Origin: Macrostomum hystrix | Lineage: Eukaryota > Animalia > Platyhelminthes | Direction: 5' to 3' | Assembly (NCBI GenBank): GCA_950097015.1 | Contig: CATNEN010000038.1 | Span: 15,376,001-15,440,000 of the forward strand | Length of the DNA stretch: 64,000 nt | Part shown: one piece after another, positions 13,899 to 26,617 of the stretch | Position numbering within the stretch: the stretch's first letter is position 1 | Layout: every line of letters starts with the position of its first letter | The notes under the pieces: model-generated | The model's input: the letters and a program-made list of their open reading frames with translations, nothing else | Databases searched by the model: none | Told to the model about the DNA's origin: nothing | Position numbers and translations under genes: made by a program

Positions 13899-16800
13899 AT
13901 GGCATCAAACAATGTTGACATATCCGAGTTTGATCCACTGTCCCTATCTGACAGCAATGTCCAGGTGCCTGCCAACTCTGAGCTAGATTTTCAAGAGGAT
14001 CATTATGCCAATAGTAGGCCTCCTGTGATGCATCAGTTTGAGCCTATACACCAGCAACTAGGAAGATTGTCACTAGCACCTCACAACAGTCAGGTGAATT
14101 TATCAAATTGTTCTAAATAAATTTACTGAAAATAGTGCTCAGTGGGTTATACAATTTAGTTAAAACTTGCTGACTTTAGGACACTGCTTTTTTAGTTACG
14201 AGTCGACTATTAGTGATGTTGCACTTGAGCCAAGCATATGCCCTTTTAATTATCTAGTACAGGAAGTCAGCCCTGTGGTTAAGAGCTTCGAAATTTGGAA
14301 CAAGAGGTCTAGAGTTCGAATCTCAGCCAGGGAAAACTGTCTGTATCATTAGACAATACAATTTCAAAGGGCGCAGAGAAGTCTAACGTGTTTGCCTATG
14401 CCCTATGAGAATGCTTAGGGGCTTGTCGTGGAATTTACGCCCTTGAGGGCCAACCTCCAAGGCCCGGTGAGAGTGCAAACTGCCTGAGGATGAGAAAGTC
14501 ATACCTGTGTGCGTGGTATCTATCCATCTATCTGTCTATCTAATACACTTAAAGGCCGGGATAACGGCCGTCAGCGCGTCGCCGTCTCCGCTAGATTTTC
14601 CTAGCAACGCCAAGCTCGACTGGCTCGCCGATCCTGACGGCGACAACCAGCGGGAGGCAAAGCGGCATTTATTGCGCAGCTATCTGCGCGAGCATCAAAC
14701 AGAATTCACCGATTATAGCAGCCTGCAGATACAGTGCGGCACATGGAATGTTAATAATCAGTTTGATGAGTCACTCAGCTTAGTTGAGTGGCTGCAACCG
14801 CCAGCTGGACAGAGGCCGGCTGACATCTATGCACTGGGCTTCCAAGAGCTGGACCTGTCCACTATGACTTACATTACTCAGCGATCAGACAGAGAAGAGA
14901 AATGGACTCGACTGTGCCAAAGAGACTTTCCTAAGGGGTGAGCTGTCTCCGTCCGTCTGTCTTCCTCCCTGACCCTCTGTCTTTGTCCCCTCTGTCTTCC
15001 TCCCTGACCCTCTGTCTTCCTCCCTGACCCCTCTGTCTTTGTCCCCTCTGTCTTCCTCCCTGACCCCTCTGTCTTTGTCCCCTCTGTCTTCCTCCCTGAC
15101 CCTCTGTCTTCCTCCCTGACCCCTCTGTCTTTGTCCCCTCTGTCTTCCTCCCTGATCCTCTGTCTTTGTCCCCTCTGTCTTTGTCCCCTCTAAATTTATC
15201 CCCTCTTTCTTTGTCCCCTCTGTCTTTGTTCCCTTTATCTTTATCCCCTCTATCTTTATCCCCTGTCTTTGTCCCCTCTGTCTTTGTCCCCTCTACATTT
15301 ATCCCCTCTTTCTTTGTCCCCTCTGTCTTTATCCCCTCTTTCTTTGTCCCCTCTGTCTTTATCCCCTCTGTCTCCTATGTCTTTGACTCTTTGTCTCCTG
15401 CGTTTTTTCCTTTTTCCCCTCAGTCTTTGTCCTCTCTGTCTTTTTCCTCTGTCTTTGACCTCTCTGTCTTTTTACCCCAGTCTTTGTCCTTTCTGTCCCT
15501 ACTGTCTTTGTCCTCTCTGTCCCCACAGTCTTTGTCCTCTCTGTCCCCACAGTCTTTGTCCCCTCTGTCTTTATCCCCTCTGTCTTTGTCCCCTCTGTCT
15601 CTGTCTTCTCTGTCTCCTATGTCTTTGACTTTTTGTCTCCTGCGTTTTTTCCTTTTCCCCTCAGTCTTTGTCCTCTCTGTCTTTTTTTCCTCTCTGTCTT
15701 TGACCTCTCTGTCTTTTTACCCCAGTCTTTGTCCTTTCTGTCCCCACTGTCTTTGTCCTCTCTGTCCCCACTGTCTTTGTCCTCTCTGTCCGCACAGGCT
15801 TTGTCCTCTCTGTCCCCACTGTCTTTGTCCTCTCTGTCCCCACTGTCTTTGTCCTCTCTGTCCCCACAGTCTTTGTCCTCTCTGTTCCCACAGTCTTTGT
15901 CCCCTCTGTATTTATCCCCTCTGTCTTTGTCCCCTCTGTCTCTGTCTTCTCTGTCTCCTATGTCTTTGACTCTTTGTCTCCTGCGTTTTTTCCTTTTTCC
16001 CCTCAGTCTTTGTCCTCTCTGTCTTTTTCCTCTCTGTCTTTGACCTCTCTGTCTTTTTACCCCAGTCTTTGTCCTTTCTGTCCCTACTGTCTTTGTTCTC
16101 TCTGTCCCCACTGTCTTTGTCCTCTCTGTCCCCACAGTATTTGTCCTCTCTGTCCCCACAGTCTTTGTCCTATCTGTCCCCATAGTCTTTGTCCTCTCTG
16201 TCCCCACTGTCTCGTCTCCTCTTTTCTTCTTCTTTCCTCCTGTCCCCTCCGTACGCTTTCTGTGTTCTTCTTGTTTCCATTATTCCTTTTCCCTTTGTCC
16301 CCGTCTCTGTCTCTGTCTCAGCTTTGTGCCAACCATCTTACCTCACTATATGTGCCGCAATATTCATTAGCCTTCTAACTAAATTCTTGAAATTCCGCAG
16401 CCCGCACTGCTACAGCATAGTGAAAACTGTTCGCCTATTCTCCACTTTCCTATTGGTCGCCGCCAAAGATTCCATTCGGTCTCAGATACGCAATGTCCGC
16501 TTCGGCACCCAGGCCACCGGCCTGATGGGCTTCGGCGCTAATAAAGGCGGTACGGCTGTGAGATTTCAATTAGACGACACCCTATTCACCTTTGTTAATT
16601 GTCACCTGGCTGCCGGAGAAGATAAATTCGACAGCAGGTATAACGATCTGCGCGATATTCAACAGAAACTGCGCCTATTTTTTGACGGCACGGCTGGCCG
16701 GTACGAGTTATTGAGCCACACCGGCGACTCAGTCGGCAGTCACGTGACATTCTGCCTGGGCGATTTAAACTTTCGCCTCGCCGGCGTAACCAAGGAGGAC

Positions 16801-19800
16801 GTGGAACAGAGGCTTTTCGGCGACCGAGACGGACCGAGTGCGGCGGCTGTTCAAAGCCTTCTGGACAGGCACGACGAGCTGATTAGGGCCAAGGCTCAGT
16901 CCCGCTACATTGATTTATTTTTGGTGAGATGGTTTTTTAAGCTGGTTGATTTGAACCGGTAGGTTCTTTTCTGGCAAATGTGAGTCAGGTGGGTTCTTTT
17001 CTGGCAGATGTGAGTCTGGTAGGTCTTTTCTGGCAGATGTGAGTCTGGTAGGTTCTTTTCTGGCAGATGTGAGTCAGGTGGGTTCTTTTCTGGCAAATTT
17101 GAGTCTGGTAGGTTCTTTTCTGGCAGATGTGAGTCAGGTGGGTTCTTTTCTGGCAGATGTGAGTCTGGTAGGTTCTTTTCTTGTAGATTTGAGTCTGGTA
17201 GGTTCTATTCTGGCAAATTTGAGTCTGGTAGGGTCTTTTCTGGTAGGCTTCAGTTTGTTAGGTTTCAGTCTGGTAGGCTTCAGTCTGGTAGGATTTCTGG
17301 TAGGCTTCAGTTTGGTAGGCTTCAGTCTGGTAGGCTTCAGTCTGGTAGGATTTCTGGTAGGCTTCAGTCTGGTAGGCTTCAGTCTGGTAGGATTTCTGGT
17401 AGGATTTCTGGTAGGCTTCAGTCTGGTAGGCTTCAGTCTGGTAGGATTTCTGGTAGGCTTCAGTCTGGTAGGCTTCAGTCTGGTAGGCTTCAGTCTGGTA
17501 GGCTTCAGTCTAGTAGGCTTCAGTCTGGTAGGCTTCAGTCTGGTAGGCTTCAGTCTGGTAGGATTCAGTCTGGTAGGCTTCAGTCTGGTAGGATTCAGTC
17601 TGGTAGGCTTTGAGTCCTGTAGATTTTAGTCAGTAAAGCTTTTGCACAATCGCACAATGGTGCATAATTTAATTTTAAAGATGATGCCTTATCCTTGCTA
17701 GTAAAAGAAAATGCTTCCGCAAAGCCAAACGAAAATCCCTTACTATCCAGAGCTACGAGGAGGCACCGATTCGATTTTTGCCAACCTACAAGTACCAGCT
17801 GGGCAGTCAACGATTCGACTCCGAAAAGCAGCGGGTGCCCAGCTGGTGCGACCGGGTTCTGTACAGAGCCGAGGGTCTGCGCTGCGAGCCAATGCAGTAC
17901 CGCAGCCTGCCAAACTATGTAGTTAGCGATCACAAACCCGTAGTATGCAATTTCACTAGTCAATTGGCGCGCATTAATCCTGTCCGGCAAAAGGGAACTT
18001 TGAAACGCGGCGTACAATGGTTGGACTCTTTAGAGAATGCTGTGTTGCCGCAGTGTACTCTGGAGTCCGGGCACGATGTCTTCTTTGGACAGCTGAGCTT
18101 CTGTGACACCTTTCAGGTAAGTCCTGCTGATCAATTGGGGTCAATTTTTCACGCTGTTCGATTCCTTGCTTATAAAGTTTTATTCTAGTTGATTTCAGTA
18201 TGGTATTTTTTCTCTTCGGTTTTTCTATTTTTTTATCTTCTTGGATTGTATCCCATCGGCTAGTTATGACGTTATTTGTTTTTATCTTGTAGATTTCCAG
18301 AAGTTAAGTGTATTTATTGTAGGTTTCTGGTTTCATGTAAAATTTCCGAGTTTACGTTAAATTTCCGGGCTTACGTTAAATTTCCGGGTTTACGTTGAAT
18401 TTCTGGGTTTACGTTGAATTTCCGGGTTTACGTTAAATTTCCGGGTTTAAGTTAGTTATCAATTTCTTATCAATCAATAAATTTTCTTTAATGACATATA
18501 TTTATGTATTAGCGACTCCACTCTGATTTCTATAAAAGTTTTATCATGCAAACAAAGCTGTTTCTTCTCTACCCTGATCAGGCCAGTGTCACATTGCGCA
18601 ATACTGGTCGCGTTGTTGCCAGCTGGCTACTGATGGCAACGCCGAACGCAGACGACAGCTGCCTGCGCGCCTCGCCAGTGGAATCTCAAGTACCGATTGG
18701 CGCCAGCGAAACAATCGTGCTTGACGCCACCCTGGGCCCCTGGCAGTGGCCACAGGCTGTCAGACGCTGGGCCGCCAGCAAACCCGATCCGGCATTCGCA
18801 CCAGGCGACGTCCTTGTCATTGCCCTTGTTGGCGGGGCTCACATCTTTATTGTACCGCACGGTGACATTGTGCCAAGCTGTTTTGGCCTTCCGTTGGACT
18901 GCCTGTGCAGGCTGCGGGAACCTGTGCTCAAAACTAACAGGGAGTCACTTCGTACCATACTCAAATCCTGCTTCGATTCGGCCAGTTGGTCTGACTCTAG
19001 CGCCGGTTAGTTGATTATTTTCTCTTGAATCTTCTTGACCCTCGCGATCTCATCAGCCTGTTAAAGTGAGATGTAACTCGATTGCCAACAAATAATCTGA
19101 ATCTCATGGCATAAATGATACGTAAAACTCACTCCAGATCTGGGACCAATTCGGTCTCCAATCCCCATCGAGGTTACTCGCCTGATTGAAGCCACGGGCG
19201 ATCCCGACTCTCCACTGCTGCTGCCAGCCGACCCGGCCGACGAAGACGCGTCGACTCTGTCAGCTGCCCAGATTTCCGCCATCGCCGATGCGCTCAGCTC
19301 CGGCGGCCGGCTGCCTACAATGCGACCTGGGGCGTTTCTGCACATCCTGCTGCTGTTGCTGCAGATGCTACCCGACAAGTCAGTCCCACTCATCTTTTCC
19401 GTCTTAGGGAGAGATTTTACTCTTACCTTTCTCATATCTCCTGTGTCTCATATCTTCCGTATCTCATCTCTTCTGTGTCTTATCTCTTCCGTGTCTCATC
19501 TCTCCCGTGTCTCATCTCTCCCCTATCTCATCTCTCCTGTGTCTCATCTCTCCTGTGTCTCATCTCTTCCGTATCTCACCTCTTCCGTGTCTCATCTCTT
19601 CCGTATCTCACCTCTTCCGTGTCTCATCTCTTCCGTATCTCACCTCTTCCGTGTCTCATCTCTTCTGTGTCTCATCTCTCCCGTGTCTCATCTCTCCCCT
19701 GTCTCATCTCTCCCCTGTCTCATCTCTTCCGTGTCTCATCTCTTCCGTATCTCACCTCTTCCGTGTCTCATCTCTCCCGTGTCTCATCTCTCCCCTGTCT

Positions 19801-20425
19801 CATCTCTCCCCTGTCTCATCTCTTCCGTGTCTCATCTCTCCCCTATCTCATCTCTCCTGTGTCTCATCTCTTCCGTGTTTCATCTCTCCTCTGTCTCATT
19901 TCTCCCTTTTCTTATACCATCGGGTTTTAAATGACCAACAAATCCTATTTGTAATGCCCAACAAATCCTATTTGTAATGCCCAACAAATCCTATTTGTAA
20001 TGACCAACAAATCCTATTTGTAATGACCAACAAATCCTATTTGTAATGACCAACAAATCCTATTTGTAATGCCCAACAAATCCTATTTGTAATGACCAAC
20101 AAGGATCCCATGCTCTTACAATTGTAGGCACCTCCTACCAGGAGCCGGTCAGAGCGAGCTGGCCCGGCAGCTTCTGTCTCGCGTCTTCGCCTGGGCGCGT
20201 CGCCTATTGAAAGGGCCGAATCGGCGTCACAAAGAGGCCCTGGTGCAGAGGCTTGCTCGGGCACTGGATCGGCCAGCGGTGGCCATGCTGCCGCCTTCAA
20301 GCGAGGCTATTCAGGCGGTGCGCAGTGCTCTGGGTGACGCGGCTTCTTCTCAAGCTAGTCAGCAATGGCAGCAGCCGCAGCAGCAGCAGCAAAGTTCTCC
20401 ACATCGGGATCTGATCTCGCTCTAA
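13899..20425 (+). CDS. OCRL: OCRL/INPP5B-like inositol polyphosphate 5-phosphatase (5-phosphatase + ASH + degenerate RhoGAP-like); exons 13899-14093, 14555-14937, 16401-16923, 17751-18116, 18582-19005, 19138-19378, 20128-20425; 809 aa
   Basis: GTWNVN, DIYALGFQELDL, GANKGG, VNCHLAA, GDLNFRL, PTYKY, PSWCDRVLY, SDHKPV; ASH-like VTLRNTG...PSCFGLPL; all six introns GT-AG and in phase (2430 nt). OCRL versus INPP5B orthology cannot be resolved by eye. Confidence 0.88.
14380..14512 (+). mobile_element. Internal fragment of SINE family 1 (preceded by a tRNA-like head remnant ~14265-14335)
   Basis: ggggcttgtcgtggaatttacgcccttgagggccaacctccaagg...ctgaggatgagaaagtc matches the SINE1 body. Confidence 0.65.
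14945..16320. repeat. Pyrimidine-rich complex minisatellite (tctgtctttgtcccc-type units) in OCRL intron 2
   Basis: Visible; source of many spurious SPL-rich ORFs. Confidence 0.93.
16955..17620. repeat. Minisatellite grading from a 30-bp unit to a 15-bp unit (cagtctggtaggctt) in OCRL intron 3
   Basis: Visible tandem array. Confidence 0.93.
19430..20100. repeat. Two adjacent minisatellites in OCRL intron 6: 16-bp (ctcatctcttccgtgt)n, then 23-bp (atgaccaacaaatcctatttgta)n
   Basis: Visible; the 16-bp family recurs at 39650-40200 (inverted) and 59228-59400. Confidence 0.92.
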
Positions 20426-20494
20426 TTGGTAGAGTAAATCCAAGTAGATTTCCTCTCTTTACATGCATATATAGTCGATATATTCTTATCTGAG

Positions 20495-20690
20495 GTAGGT
20501 TAGTGGTTGTAGTCTTATGATAAGAGCGTCAGACTCACGACTTGAAGGTCAGGGGTTCGATTCCCGACTCCACTGGAACAATTTGTGTCCTTTGGCAAGA
20601 CGCTCAACTGTGCATTGCTTCAGTTCACCCAGCTGTTTGATGGGTACCAGCATCAGCTGCGGTAATTGAGGGTGGGTGTGGCGACTAACG
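20495..20690 (+). mobile_element. tRNA-derived CORE-type SINE family 2, 3'-truncated copy
   Basis: Head with ggttcgattcc B-box, then tgtgtcctttggcaagacgctcaac...ttcagttcacccagctgt...tgggtacc resembling the MIR/CORE domain; homologous to 57945 and 58508. Confidence 0.75.
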
Positions 20691-21049
20691 TAAAACCACG
20701 TGACGGTTAATAACAGTAGTCTGTGCCTCTATAAATGATTTTGTTATTATTTACTGATAAGAAAGCATGTGTGGAAATAAAACGCGGCCAATATCCATCT
20801 TTTAATTCCAGTCATTTTTATTTATTCAATAAGCTCTTTGTTCTTTCTGTAGGTTTGCTTACTTTCCAAGAAATTCTGTTGTGATAGAACTTTTTCGTTT
20901 TGCACCTTAACTTATTTTTGTTAGCCTATTAGTTATATACATTTTCGCATATATTTTCACTTTAAGTTATACGCCAGTATTGCAAAACACGGCTATTATC
21001 AGCTGACTTTCGACACTTAATCTAGCGGTGATTCAAATTAAATTTAACT

Positions 21050-21320
21050 TTATAGCCAATAGAAACAGGCCAAATCAAGTAGGCCAATTAGAATGCGACA
21101 AACCTAACAGCCAATAGAAACAGACCAAATCAAGTAGGCCAATTAGAATGCGACAAACCTAACAGCCAATAGAAACAGGCCAAATCTAGTTAACCCAATT
21201 AAATACGCCAAACTTGCAGCCAATAGACAGAGACCAAATCTAGTCTAGCTGTCAATAGACACGAGTCAAATTATCAACGTAAAGTGGCCTATCGGAATGA
21301 GTCTAACTTAACAGCCAATT
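21050..21320. repeat. CCAAT-containing degenerate tandem repeat (~27/28-bp subunits, 55-bp dimer)
   Basis: agccaatagaaacaggccaaatcaagtaggccaattagaatgcgacaaacctaac repeated. Confidence 0.75.
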
Positions 21321-22137
21321 GAAAGAGGCTTAGTCAAACAGCGAATCAGCATTAGCGGAGCCCAAAGTTTAGTCAAACGAAGCGACCACTCAGCCTAGCG
21401 GTTGCGGTCGATTAAAAAGAGGATTTATTAATCAGCTGAATATTTAGCATATTCTGATAATGCCAGTTTTTGGACTACTATTCTATATAATTTTAATAGA
21501 ACATAATATGCTGTCTAGTTTTGTACCTCAATGATTGTAGACTTGGATTTGTTGTTAATTTATAGATAATATAATTGCGAATATCATTCTCCGGATGTAA
21601 ACATTTTCGTTTTTTAATATTTCAGGTTGTGTACTACTGAAAGACTACTGAATGAATGAAATAGTGCCAGAAAAAGGTTGCTTATTTAATTTTATTTATT
21701 TATATCTTATTCATACGTAAATAAAATAAAAGGGTAAGTGCTAAAATGCACGACTTTTCTCTCGTTCATCTCAGTTTTTGGTAGCTTTGTAATCCGTAAC
21801 ATGAAAAGTACTTTCGATATAAAGTTTTTTCGACATTTTTGAGATACGGAATTAATCGGGCATTGTGACTTTACACTAGCTTTTGTTCTTGCTAAATTTC
21901 TATTTAAAAAGCCTTCTGAAGTGCCGCTAGTATATATTCATACATGTAACAGCCGTATTATTATTACCAAAATGACGTACATCACTACCTACATGTACAC
22001 AATAATGAATAGCTTTTCTGCACTCTATTTATTCAGTTGCACAAGATGTACAGATAGTGGCACAGCTGTCATGGCCGCAGCCATTTCGCGGCGCATCAGA
22101 AGGTTGCGCACGGCTGTTTTGTCCATGGACTAATGGA

Positions 22138-22557
22138 CCCTGTAAAAAATTCGGCTGCTTCTTCGGCGGGTTTTTTGTGCAAAATAGGAGTGGAATCTAC
22201 CAAAACTCCCCTATCTCGCAAGAGTTAAAGAAACCACCCAGGAAGCAGCCGATGTAACCGTAAATTGTGCGGAAACCGCCGAAGAATCACCCGAACCAGT
22301 GGCCCATGGGACAACCAGAGAATTATTTACGGGCGATTCCTCGGCAGTTTCTGAGCATGGAATCTTCCGAACTGGAGGATTCTTTGGGTGATTCCATTTC
22401 GCCACCAAGAAGCACCGAGAAAACGCCCAGTTGGGTAGATTCTAAGCATGGAATCATCCGATTGGTATGTTTCCAGCGTTCGGCTGTTTCTTTTTCTGGA
22501 AACACCGCAGATTCCAACTGGAATCACCTAAAGAAACATCCCTATTTTTTTAGCGGG
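22138..22557. mobile_element. MITE (CCC...GGG termini, 2-bp TSD GA; CMC/EnSpm-like) nested in a minus-strand SINE2 remnant (~22040-22585)
   Basis: Imperfect TIR ccctgtaaaaaatt / atttttttagcggg; GA at 22136-37 and 22558-59; flanks match the SINE2 tail (left) and head (right). Confidence 0.55.
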
Positions 22558-23014
22558 GAGTCAGGAATCGAACTCTCGACCTTAGTTAAAATATTACTAA
22601 TAATGCTCGTAGTTTTTTTTATTAAAACTGATAGAAAGTCTATGAGGGTTCGCTAAATTTCCCCATGTTTTGGATTACTGAGATCCAAGAGTTGCAAATA
22701 AGTAAATAATTTACATTGAAGACAGTTTTTAGTAAAAGGAAATTCACGCGTTTCGATTTTTGTAAGAAAGTTATTACCATTTATTAATAGCAGTAAAATT
22801 TACTTTCAACGTTACCACATATTTAAAGATTTACGCTGACACATAATAACTCGCACTTCCACACACGAATGTTAAATATAATAAATTAGCATTGCAAGAA
22901 AGAACAAGTATTTTATTTAGAACAAAAATAGAAACGTATTGAGTTGAAAAATGCATTACAAACACAGCATAAGCTGTGTAAAAATAATTGGATTAAGTTT
23001 AGAATTGCTTAGAG

Positions 23015-23270
23015 TACACCAGAAGTCACTCTCCAATTACCCGACTAAAATTGTCACTCTGGAAGTCACTCTCCAATCATTCTATTATAATTGTCACTCC
23101 GGAAGTCACTCCCTAATGACTAGACTATAATTGTCACTTCGGAAGTCACTCCCCAATTATCAGACAAAATTTGTCACTCCAGAAGACACTTTCCCATTAT
23201 TCGACCATAATTGTCACTTCGGAAGTCACTCCTTAACTTCTCCTCCCTGTAATTGTCACACCAGAAGGGA
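23015..23270. repeat. 40-bp degenerate minisatellite (ggaagtcact...aattgtcact) just downstream of the LIG1 stop
   Basis: Visible, about 6 copies. Confidence 0.85.
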
Positions 23271-23297
23271 AAAGTCACAATAAAATTAGAAATTAGG

Positions 23298-26200
23298 TCA
23301 ATAATAGTCGTCATCTTCATTCCCAGGGCCGGAAGCGGCGGCTGCGGACTTGACCACCTCCTGACTGCGGTACATCTCGGCTAGCTGGGCAGCCGTGGTC
23401 GCCTCCTCCGGTCGTTTGTCATCGCGGCGTCGGACGAATCGCGGAAAGCGCAGACTGATGCCGCGACGGGCATCGGCCAGGCCGAGGCCGGCCACATAAG
23501 CGGGACTCAAGCTGAGATCGGCGGCTTTAACCTCCCAGACAACAACCGGATCGAACCAGGCGTCGGCAGTCTGGGCCGAGCCGCAGCGGACGTATCGCTT
23601 CGGCGAGTCGATTCTGTACTGGGCCAGATCGCGAGTGAAGGCGTCCAAATCTTCATCGGAGAAGCCGGTGCCAATTTTGCACACAGTCTGATATTCTTCG
23701 TCCTCAGGATTGTAGCAGGCCAGGAGGAATCCGCCAAGCTTGCCGGCTCGCTTGCCGGTGCCGTGGTAGCCGCCGACCACCACCAGGTCGAGTGTGTCGC
23801 CGACACCGTCGACATAGTCCTTCTTTAGCTTCAGCCAGCTGTGCGACCTGCCGGGATTGGAATTTCAATTAGTTTGGAGATTTTGGAGATCTCCAAAATC
23901 TCCAGGGAGGGAGAGAAGTAGAGTATGGGTGGGAGAGAAGTAGAGTATGGGTGGGAGAGAAGGGTATGGGTGGGAGAGAAGTAGAGTATGGGTGGGAGAG
24001 AAGTAGGGTATGGGTGGGAGAGAAGTAGAGTATGGGAGGGAGAGATGTAGAGTATGGGTGGGAGAGAAGTAGGGTATGGGTGGGAGAGAAGTAGAGTATG
24101 GGTGGTAGAGAAGTAGAGTATAGGTGGGAGAGAAGTAGAGTATGGGTGGGAGAGAAGTAGAGTATGGGTGGGAGAGAAGTAGAGTATGGGTGGGAGAGAA
24201 GTAGAGTATGGGTGGGAGAGAAGTAGAGTATGGGTGGGACAGAAGTAGAGCATGGGTGGGAGAGAAGTAGAGTATGGGTGGGAGAGAAGTAGAGTATGGG
24301 AGGGAGAGAAGTAGAGTATGGGTGGGAGAGAAGTAGAGTATGGGTGGGAGAGAAGTAGGGTATGGGTGGGAGAGAAGTAGAGTATGGGAGGGAGAGATGT
24401 AGACTATGGGTGGGAGAGAAGTAGAGTATGGGTGGGAGAGAATGGGTGGGAGAGAAGTAGAGTATGGGTGGGAGAGAATGGGTGGGAGAGAAGTAGAGTA
24501 TGGGTGGGAGAGAAGTAGAGTATGGGAGGGAGAGAAGTAGAGTATGGGTGGGAGAGAAGTAGAGTATGGGTGGGAGAGAAGTAGGGTATGGGTGGGAGAG
24601 AAGTAGAGTATGGGAGGGAGAGATGTAGACTATGGGTGGGAGAGAAGTAGAGTATGGGTGGGAGAGAATGGGTGGGAGAGAAGTAGAGTATGGGTGGGAG
24701 AGAATGGGTGGGAGAGAAGTAGAGTATGGGTGGGAGAGAAGTAGGGTATGGGTGGGAAAGAAGTAGAGTATGGGTGGGAGAGAAGTAGGGTATGGGTGGG
24801 AAAGAAGTAGAGTATGGGTGGGAGAGAAGTAGACACTAGGTGGGTAGACAGAGAGCAGGACTCACCGCTTCGCAATCTCGTAAGTGGCCTCGGTATCCAG
24901 CGCTTTGAGCATGAGTCCCTCGCAGTTGCCTTTAATAGCTTCGTCCAAGAAGCCCTGAATCTCCTCCGTGTCTGCGCAGTCCTGCCATTTGGCCAGAGCA
25001 AAGTGGCCAGCTAGCTCAGTCTCAGCAAAGTTAAAGCCGTCGCGCAGTATCTGGCGCCTCTCTCTGAGCGGCTTCTCAACTAGAGACTCGCCATTGTAAT
25101 ACAGAATGTCGAATACGAACACGCACACCTGCACCTTGATTGAATCGGCGTCCGCGTCTTTGCGCTTGCGCGTTGTTAGCACCTGAGCGAGTCAAAATTA
25201 TATGACCATTTTAATATGACAAGTGCACAATAAAAATTTGCTTTTTTATCGACGACTAATTGACGAGGGGCATTTCTAATTGACGAGTGTACATTTCTTA
25301 TTGATGAGTTTACATTTCTTATTGATGGGTGTACATTTATTATTGATGAGTTTACATTTCTTATTGATGAGTTTACATTTCTTATTGATGAGTGTACATT
25401 TCTTATTGATGAGTGTACATTTATTATTGATGGGTGTACATTTCTTATTGATGAGTTTACATTTCTTATTGATGGGTGTACATTTATTATTGATGGGTGT
25501 ACATTTATTATTGATGGGTGTACATTTCTTATTGATGGGTGTACATTTCTTATTGATGAGTGAACATTTCTTATTGATGGGTGTACATTTATTATTGATG
25601 GGTGTACATTTATTATTGATGAGTGTACATTTATTATTGATGAGTGAACATTTCTTATTGATGGGTGTACATTTATTATTGATGGGTGTACATTTATTAT
25701 TGATGAGTGAACATTTCCTATTGATGAGTGTACATTTCTTATTGACGAGTGAACATTTCTTATTGATGAGTGTACATTTCTTATTGACGAGTGTACATTT
25801 CTTATTGACGAGTGAACATTTCTTATTGATGAGTGTACATTTCTTATTGATGGGTGTACATTTATTATTGATGAGTGTACATTTATTATTGATGGGTGTA
25901 CATTTCTTATTGATGAGTGTACATTTATTATTGATGGGTGTACATTTCTTATTGACGAATGGAAATTTCTCATTGACAAGTAAATATTTATTATGGACGA
26001 GTGGACATTTTTTTATTGATGGAAGAAAAATTTCTTATTGTCGAATGGATATTTATAATATTTGAGTGCAAATTTCTTACTGACGAGTGAACATGTCTTA
26101 TTGATGAGTGGAAATATTTATTTATCTAGTTATTAATTAATGAATCAGAGATTACACAGCTAAATGCCAACTTAAAAAAAACAACAGCTGCATTCAAGCA

Positions 26201-26568
26201 GTACACTACTATAAGTAGCAGAGTTTAGTCCGCGTTTAAGCTGTCAAATACGTACTAAAATCTGTTTTGTTTTGAAGCAATACATTCAAGTGCTTGTTGA
26301 GCTGGTAAAGCACAAGGGATTTGGGAAAATATTGTGGGAAATTTTTCGCTCAACTGCTTTGCAATCTTCATGCTTAACTTTCTTTTTATACGTTTTGAGT
26401 CGGCTGATCCATAAATAAAAATCCCAACTTTACCTGACATCGCGTGCCGCAAATTAATCTAAGGAATTTAAAGGACTTTATTGGCAATTTTCTATTGCAG
26501 AGGCGCGAAGATTCCCGTTTATCATTCTTTTCGCTTTTCATTTTGAGCTTCTAGAAATTTCATTTTTA

Positions 26569-26617
<49 letters not shown>

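Noticed and set aside
15166-17629. Long ORFs with periodic peptides (also 8897, 19320, 25176, 30361, 34976, 39702, 51485)
   Set aside because: Stop-free translations of minisatellites or low-complexity DNA lying in introns or between genes.
21050-21320. Clustered CCAAT boxes (also 52680-52960)
   Set aside because: They lie between convergent 3' ends or inside an intron and are parts of tandem repeats, so a promoter role is unsupported.
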